Positions 57,843 through 64,000 of a stretch of DNA of 64,000 nt are shown in pieces. The stretch is from the NCBI GenBank assembly GCA_022824835.1, contig JAJDZB010000074.1, positions 13,260-77,259 on the forward strand. Reading direction: 5' to 3'. Every line of letters begins with the position of its first letter. The stretch's first letter is position 1. A program made the position numbers and the translations under genes. The DNA is from Candidatus Poribacteria bacterium (GTDB lineage: Bacteria; Poribacteria; WGA-4E; WGA-3G). The notes under the pieces are model-generated. The model made no database searches, was not told the DNA's origin, and was given only the letters and a program-made list of their open reading frames with translations.

Positions 57843-59840
57843 ATGGCAAAAAACGAAAAATGGGTTCCTGCTTTATCAAAGCATGAAAACAACGATTTTA
57901 CGACTTGGGAATTACCGGATGGTGCGATTGCCCGGTTAGGAAAAGGTATAGTAAGTTTTGATCCCGCATATTCTCCTTGTGGGAAGTATGTTGTATTCGC
58001 AAGTGACATCGGGGTTTGGTGGTATGATATGAACACAATGCGTCCAGTTGATTTGTGGGATACAGATCGCGGATATATTTCTGCTGTTTCCTTTTCGCCA
58101 AATGGCAAATGGCTTGCGACCGGCGATGGAGATGGTCTTGTCAAAGTATGGGATGTGCAGAAAAGAGTTTGCATTTCGCAGATGGAAAGAGATGAAGAAG
58201 AGAGACCTTACAATTCTGCTTCCAAGTTGGTCTTTTCAAACGACAGCAAACAGCTTGCGGTTTCCAGTCGGCGCGACTACATCCTATATGTCTGGAACAC
58301 TGAAACTGGCGAACAAATTGGCAAGTTTCACGAAAACACCAATTATAGATGGTGGCCTTTTATTCTACGTCCTATTGCTTTCTCTCCTGATAGCAGTTTG
58401 ATCGCGTGTACAATGCCGGATGATAGTTTATTCGCACATGTAGATCGCAGCAACACAATCCGCCCGCCCCACCACGCTTCCAACGATATTGCTGTATGGA
58501 ATATCAAAACAGGAGAGCAATTAGTTTGTCTTACAGAACATCCTGATTTTGTGTATAGTCTAAGTTTTTCACCGTGTGGTGAATTCCTTGCCTCTGGTGG
58601 TAGGGATGGTACTGTTAGGATATGGTCAGTTGAAGACTGGAAGTTACAGCAGGCATATCAGAATTACGGGACAGCACGTAAACAGGTTTTCTATACACCA
58701 GAGGGTGTCCTGTATGCGTTAGAAGTATTTGATGATGCCTTCATCGTGTGGGATGTCGCGCGCGGTGAAAAGTGCAACCGCTACCTTGAAGAACATAGTT
58801 ATATCCATGATGCCCACGTTCCGAGAGGCACTCCATTCGTTTTAGCTACCTACGATCCCGATGAATTTAGAAAATGGACGGTGGGTAATTCAGAACCGTG
58901 TTCGTTTCCTCATTTACACACCGGCTTTCCAAATTCCCTTGTTTTTGCGCCAGATGGGAAAATACTTGCAGCCGGAGGTTTCAGCCAAAAGGTGAGGTTA
59001 TGGGATATTACCCAACCATCCTCATCGCCATCCTGTCTCAATCTATCTGAAAAAGGGAATAATGTCTCTGTGTCGCCACAGGGAAATATCTATGCAATAG
59101 GGCACGATGGTAAAACAGCAGCGGTATGGGACATTGGAAACACGGATACACCGGTTGCCACTTTCACAGTCCCAGAGGAAAATAAACCTCTACCCGAACA
59201 AAAATGGCAGGTGTCAACAGCAGCGTTCGCACACCATAATAACTTGCTGGCATGCGGAGATAGTGAAGGCATATTGTATGTGTGGGAGGTTGCGGATCAA
59301 AGGTTACGACATAAGTACAAAGCACATGATGGATGGATTCACAATCTGATGTTTAGTCCTGATGAAAAGTTCCTTTTTAGTGCAAGGAGTACTGGACCGG
59401 TCGCATGTCTGTGGGATGTTGAGAGTGGCGAACAGATTGAATCATTTCCAGAAAAGGGTCAGTTTATTGTTTTTTCTCCATGTAGCACTCTAATTGCTAT
59501 AGGTAGGGGAACAAATATTCATATATGGGGTATTGAGCAAAGTGAAACTATCTTGGACATACCTCTACCCAGAGAAAGCTGGATGCCTTTTGCGTTAGCA
59601 TTTTCATCTTGTGGTAGATATTTAGCTTCAGGGGCATGGTGGAAACGCGGTTTTGGTATGAAGAAGTGTCCGGTAATGTTGTGGGATGTTGCGAGTGGAG
59701 AAAACATTGCAGCTTTCCGTGATGGTCATCCTTCAGATGTGCAGTGTGTTGCTTTTTCACCCGATGGGTCTGTGTTGGCAAGTGGCGGTTATGATGGTAC
59801 CATCCTTCTGTGGGATATAACACCTTATACCAAAAGATAA
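57843..59840 (+). CDS. WD40 beta-propeller repeat protein (665 aa)
   Basis: The N-terminal TTWELPDGAIARLGKG motif is shared with the other two WD40 paralogs. Multiple WD repeats ending in ..WD(V/I). Confidence 0.8.
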   Translation: MAKNEKWVPALSKHENNDFTTWELPDGAIARLGKGIVSFDPAYSPCGKYVVFASDIGVWWYDMNTMRPVDLWDTDRGYISAVSFSPNGKWLATGDGDGLVKVWDVQKRVCISQMERDEEERPYNSASKLVFSNDSKQLAVSSRRDYILYVWNTETGEQIGKFHENTNYRWWPFILRPIAFSPDSSLIACTMPDDSLFAHVDRSNTIRPPHHASNDIAVWNIKTGEQLVCLTEHPDFVYSLSFSPCGEFLASGGRDGTVRIWSVEDWKLQQAYQNYGTARKQVFYTPEGVLYALEVFDDAFIVWDVARGEKCNRYLEEHSYIHDAHVPRGTPFVLATYDPDEFRKWTVGNSEPCSFPHLHTGFPNSLVFAPDGKILAAGGFSQKVRLWDITQPSSSPSCLNLSEKGNNVSVSPQGNIYAIGHDGKTAAVWDIGNTDTPVATFTVPEENKPLPEQKWQVSTAAFAHHNNLLACGDSEGILYVWEVADQRLRHKYKAHDGWIHNLMFSPDEKFLFSARSTGPVACLWDVESGEQIESFPEKGQFIVFSPCSTLIAIGRGTNIHIWGIEQSETILDIPLPRESWMPFALAFSSCGRYLASGAWWKRGFGMKKCPVMLWDVASGENIAAFRDGHPSDVQCVAFSPDGSVLASGGYDGTILLWDITPYTKR

Positions 59841-59891
59841 CACATCAAGTATCAATTGATTTAGGAATACATAACAGATAAAGGAGTCTAT

Positions 59892-61934
59892 ATGAAACAA
59901 AACAAGCAACCTATACCAAAAAATGTTGTCCCAGGAGACACGGAAGGAATTACATGGGCACTGCCCGAAAGCGCAATTGCACGCTTAGGGAAAGGAAGAG
60001 GTCCTAAAATAGTACTCTCCCCAAACAGCAAGTATTTCGCAGTGGGAACCATGATCGGTCTTTGGTGGTATGATATATCCTCAAAGTCTCCTATTGCGTT
60101 GTGGGAAAGTGAAAGAGGATTGATTTCTATTGCCAAATTTGCTCCAAATGGTGAATGGATCGCAATAGGAAATTGGGATGGTGTCATAAAACTATTAGAT
60201 CTTCAGACTGGTGAGTGCATTGCACAGATGAAACGGATGGAAGATCATAATATCTATTATTATCTCGATTTTTCACACGATAGTCAGTGGATTGCTACGG
60301 CGAACATGCATGGAATCGTAGAGGTGTTGGATGTGCAGCAAAGTGTATGTGTTGCACAGATGGACCGAGGTGAACGTGACGTCATTTCTGCTGATATTAA
60401 CCAATTGGAATTCTCGCCTGATGGACGTTACGTTGCTGCAAGTGCAGATGAACTTGGGACAAAAGGAACACAGACTTTCATTTGGTGTTCAGAAACAGGT
60501 AAGATCGTCTGTAAATTTACGGGTATGGACTTCGTCTTCTCTCAAGATAGTCGACTTGTTGCTGTTGCTACACCTGACGAATCCACCAATGATGATGACG
60601 ATTGGATAGCAGAATGTATCTCAGTGTGGGATATAGCGACAGGTGACCGCATCGCACATTTTGAAGGACATAGTGCCTGGATAGATCATATCACTTTTTC
60701 ACTTGATGGAAAGCTACTTGCATCAAGTAGTAGAGATCAAAGTTTGCGCGTCTGGGACATCGCAAAGGGTGAGCAAAAGGATGTTTATACTGATTTTAAT
60801 TCTACCCGAATTAAACCGTTCTATACGGAAGCTGGTGAACTACTCGCGATTGTAGATGCTGAAGATCTGCTTGATGTCTGGAATGTGGAAAAAGGTGAAA
60901 AACTATCCATACCTGAAGTTCATACCAACAGTATTGATGCTGCGTTGTTTAAAGAGTACCCGCAACCTGTTTTGACTGATTTAGAGCAAAACAGAGAAAC
61001 CAGAATCGGTAATAACATAAACTTACTGTCAGATCTTTGGAGATTTAATCATGTGCCACAACCTGTTGTATTCTTACCGGATGGAAAGACATTGGCAAGC
61101 ACAAGTGATTTTAGAGGTGTATTTTTTTGGGATGTTGAAACTAAACAGGTACAAAAAACAGTGCTTGAGGACGAACGTATCACGTCTTTTACTTTATTGT
61201 CTTGTGGAAACATCATCGCTGCCTATATCCGCCCAAACGAAGACTTTGGCTATGTGTGGGATGCTAAGAAATCTGAGGAGACTATTCTTGAAATAAAAGA
61301 GGAAGCACAACTGACGTGGAAAATCGATTTCACACCAACAGGAGATCAGATCGCTATCAGTAGCAGAGAAGGTACGATTTATAAATGGGACATCGAGAAT
61401 AAGAAAAGGTTAGAGCCATTCGTTGGTCATAAAGAGTTCATCTGGTCTGTAAAATATTCACCAGATGGCAAACGACTCGTTAGCGGCTCAAGTGATAAAA
61501 CCGCTCGTGTGTGGGATGTGGAGACAAGTAAAGAGATTGCGACTTTACCACTGAGAGAGAGAAGCGTACTGATGAATATTGCCTTTTCTCCTTGTGGGAG
61601 ATTCATTGCTGGTGGTATGCATAGGGAAATACGTTTGTGGTGTGCAGATAGTTATGAAACGCTTTTGGTTATTCCCCAGACAGAGACTATAAGTCCCTAC
61701 GCCTTATCATTTTCGCACTGTGGACGATATCTTGCAAGCGGAACTTGGTGGCAGAAGGATATGGAGAAAATGGCAATTAGGTTATGGAATGTTAGCAGTG
61801 GTGAGAATTTCGTAACGTTCTGGGGACATCCGACAGATATTCAGTCGCTTGCATTTTCACCAGATGGCACACTTTTGGCGAGTGGTAGTTTTGATGGCAC
61901 TATCATACTTTGGGATACGAAACCTTATCTGTAG
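59892..61934 (+). CDS. WD40 beta-propeller repeat protein (680 aa), tandem paralog
   Basis: ITWALPESAIARLGKG.. Repeats end ..LWD. Confidence 0.8.
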   Translation: MKQNKQPIPKNVVPGDTEGITWALPESAIARLGKGRGPKIVLSPNSKYFAVGTMIGLWWYDISSKSPIALWESERGLISIAKFAPNGEWIAIGNWDGVIKLLDLQTGECIAQMKRMEDHNIYYYLDFSHDSQWIATANMHGIVEVLDVQQSVCVAQMDRGERDVISADINQLEFSPDGRYVAASADELGTKGTQTFIWCSETGKIVCKFTGMDFVFSQDSRLVAVATPDESTNDDDDWIAECISVWDIATGDRIAHFEGHSAWIDHITFSLDGKLLASSSRDQSLRVWDIAKGEQKDVYTDFNSTRIKPFYTEAGELLAIVDAEDLLDVWNVEKGEKLSIPEVHTNSIDAALFKEYPQPVLTDLEQNRETRIGNNINLLSDLWRFNHVPQPVVFLPDGKTLASTSDFRGVFFWDVETKQVQKTVLEDERITSFTLLSCGNIIAAYIRPNEDFGYVWDAKKSEETILEIKEEAQLTWKIDFTPTGDQIAISSREGTIYKWDIENKKRLEPFVGHKEFIWSVKYSPDGKRLVSGSSDKTARVWDVETSKEIATLPLRERSVLMNIAFSPCGRFIAGGMHREIRLWCADSYETLLVIPQTETISPYALSFSHCGRYLASGTWWQKDMEKMAIRLWNVSSGENFVTFWGHPTDIQSLAFSPDGTLLASGSFDGTIILWDTKPYL

Positions 61935-61948
61935 AAAGGAGGTGAAAT

Positions 61949-62401
61949 ATGATGGATAGATTTGAACCGAAAAACATTGAAGAAGTTAATGCGGCTTTAA
62001 AATACTTCAATGATTTTCACGATGGATACGTTGAAGGTTTTGAAGTAAAGTTTGAAAACTACAAGAGCATTGATGAAAAAGGTATCGCAAATGGCATCGG
62101 ACAGGCTGATATGACAATTATTCTCACTGTAAACGCTTATCCTTATGGTAAAGAACATAACCAATTAGTGAGGGTTGAATTCATTGATGTCAAGTCTTAT
62201 GAGATCATATCTGAAAGACATGATCCGTTTCCGATGTGGGGTATTTCTGAAGCAACTACAAGATCTGCCCCTGAACCTTATGAAGATGATATATATTGGG
62301 ATTTTGCTTTTTTGGGAGACAAAACAACTTTCAATGTAACGTGCGCCAGCATAGTTTTTACAAATATCGGTTATGTTATGAATAAAGAAAAACAGTCGTA
62401 G
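61949..62401 (+). CDS. Hypothetical protein (150 aa)
   Basis: An ORF 15 bp after the WD40 gene on the same strand. No recognisable motif. Confidence 0.4.
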   Translation: MMDRFEPKNIEEVNAALKYFNDFHDGYVEGFEVKFENYKSIDEKGIANGIGQADMTIILTVNAYPYGKEHNQLVRVEFIDVKSYEIISERHDPFPMWGISEATTRSAPEPYEDDIYWDFAFLGDKTTFNVTCASIVFTNIGYVMNKEKQS

Positions 62402-62763
62402 ATTTTGCAGAAAAGTGTTAAAATACGCATTAGAAAACTCCTTTATTTTGGTATAAAGATTTCATCATATAACAAAAGAGTTCTCTTTAGACAAAAATCA
62501 TTCAAATTATTTATCATACTCACGTTTGTGTAGTCTCTACTTATACCATTTCGAATTGATAATGTCTCTTTTTTGTAGCACATTCTGTTAGATTGTGCCT
62601 ATCTTTGTAGCACATTCATCCTTGATTGTGCTTCTTTGTAGCCGAACAAAGACATTTAAGGATCCAGAAACCCCTTCCGTGCCCATCTATGTCAGCTAAG
62701 TTAACTGGGGCGCGATAATCCGCGATTCTGATAAAAAGGTGACAGAATACTTACACACCCAGT

Positions 62764-63119
62764 CTTTCCGAACAAACGAAGCACATTTCCCCTTCTGTCC
62801 CTTTGCCATGCCGTAGTTTCAATTCCCTTCAAATGGGAAGGGCTTTCCGAACTCCCTGTGCATGACTGCTTTTCTGCTGCACTTGTCATATAGTTTCAAT
62901 TCCCTTCAAACGGGAAGGTCTTTCTGAATGCTTGTCTGAACCAGGATTTTCAGGATTATAGGATTTTTTCAGGATAAGAGGTATCTTCTCGTATTGATGG
63001 ATTTTGTTTCAACTTTCTTCAAACGGGAAGGGCTTTCCGAACTTGACAGAGCAAATGAGTACACAGATCAACGTCTTGCTCAGTTTCAATTCCCTTCAAA
63101 CGGGAAGGGCTTTCCGAAC
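62764..63119 (+). CDS. placeholder
   Basis: placeholder. Confidence 0.
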
Positions 63120-63678
63120 AAACCCTTATGAACACTACACCAAACACGATTTGATAGCAAAAATGACGCTAAAACCAGTCCCCATCTGTGTTCAGGGGCA
63201 ATTTTGACTGCATTGGCAATCAATCAACAAATCGCGTAAGTTTACAATTCATGCGACTGATATAAGTATACGCTAAATCTACAGAAATGTCAAACTTTTT
63301 TAAGGGTGTGTAAAGTTTTTGCACTCTATTTGTCAGAATCGCAGATTACGCGGAAGGGGAAAGGGGATGGAAGAATGGAAGGGTGGAAGAGGGGAAGAGG
63401 GGAAGATTGGAAGGGTGGAAGAGGGGAAGAGGGAATGGGTGGGAGGATGGAAGAATGGAAGAGGCACAATCTAACAGAATGTGCTACAAATCGGATGTCC
63501 TTTATTCGCTGCAAGGATTTCCGGGGTTGTTTTCCCTCCATTAGAGAGAATTGAACGTAACCCGAGCAAAAAGTTTTAAGGTATCTCGTTATTGAATGAT
63601 GGCGTTAGTCGTTTGGACTTGGAAAAGCGGTTCGTTCTAAGTGTCAGGCAACGCATCTGATGCTGTCATGACTTTCGT

Positions 63679-64000
63679 CTAATCGTCATCATCGTCGTCA
63701 TCATCGTCGTCATCATCGTCATCATCATCATCATCGTCGTCGTCGTCATCGTCGTCGTCCTCATCGTCCTCATGGTCATCATCATGGTCGTCGTCGTCAT
63801 CATCGTCATCGTCATCAAAACGAAGATTTGGAAAATCCGCTCGGTCTTGCTGGTTTATCCAATCTCTGAAGAGTTGAATTTGCGCAGCAGTCATCGGTGG
63901 ACCATGTCCTGCAGGAGGCATCCTGCCTGATACCATTTCTTCTACAATATCACTACTGTTGGCATTCCCAGGAATAAAAACTGACTCTCCTTCGTCGTCT
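63679..64000 (-). CDS. Hypothetical protein with a ~55-residue poly-Asp tail. Partial: the ORF stays open upstream past the window end.
   Basis: The ORF is open from 64000 (..DDEGESVFIPGNANSSDIVEEMVSGRMPPAGHGPPMTAAQIQLFRDWI..) to a (D)n tail broken by single H/E residues and encoded by a GAC/GAT trinucleotide run. Confidence 0.5.
   Translation of the reverse strand, partial: DDEGESVFIPGNANSSDIVEEMVSGRMPPAGHGPPMTAAQIQLFRDWINQQDRADFPNLRFDDDDDDDDDDHDDDHEDDEDDDDDDDDDDDDDDDDDDDDDDDDDD

Noticed and set aside
62764-63119. I left a placeholder CDS entry at these coordinates in the feature list (confidence 0). The intended call is a CRISPR array, not a CDS.
   Set aside because: The locus is the degenerate 4-repeat CRISPR array described in the findings. 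The track ORFs 62701-62889(-) and 63004-63207(+) that overlap it are spurious. Disregard the placeholder CDS.
63306-63554. ORFs 63306-63554(+) and 63326-63541(-) encoding WKRGRGEDWKGGRGEEG and PLPPFQSSPLP repeats.
   Set aside because: Both read through a polypurine/polypyrimidine simple-sequence tract. Open frames on both strands are expected by composition alone.

Overview
The first ~19 kb on the + strand is a nearly complete str/S10/spc/alpha ribosomal-protein supercluster: rpsL (partial), rpsG, fusA, tuf, rpsJ through rplQ, with secY, rpmJ and rpoA. rpmD, adk, map and infA are absent from it, and S3 carries a repeat-encoded C-terminal tail. The rest of the window is a repeat-rich mosaic. 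It contains a FadL-like outer membrane protein, a Tyr-rich lipoprotein, a membrane-anchored triheme cytochrome c, and a short DprA-like protein. A repeat-bounded accessory island at ~22.7-35.0 kb holds a Gp49/HigB-like toxin with an XRE antitoxin, a second HTH, two paralogous small unknown ORFs flanking an AlbA_2/HATPase_c_4 gene, a 1107-aa Eco57I-type N6-adenine methyltransferase, and a 1128-aa PLD(HKD)-SNF2 helicase-nuclease. The methyltransferase/helicase pair is the strongest candidate for an undescribed two-gene restriction or defense module, resembling a reduced DISARM class 1 system. Further on are two paralogous secreted LamG proteins and an unrelated secreted protein that share a conserved C-terminal tail. 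Then come a UvrD/PcrA-like helicase with an embedded DnaQ-type exonuclease domain beside a small membrane protein, followed by truD and mutL. Also present are three paralogous WD40 proteins, a GH127-like hydrolase, an oxidoreductase, a small gamma-class methyltransferase with a candidate restriction endonuclease, a heterodimeric ABC exporter pair, a degenerate orphan CRISPR array, and a poly-Asp protein. At least five families of MITE/REP-like repeats are scattered throughout and mark the island boundaries. I cannot assign the organism from sequence alone. GC is roughly 42%, with abundant WD40 proteins and MITEs.
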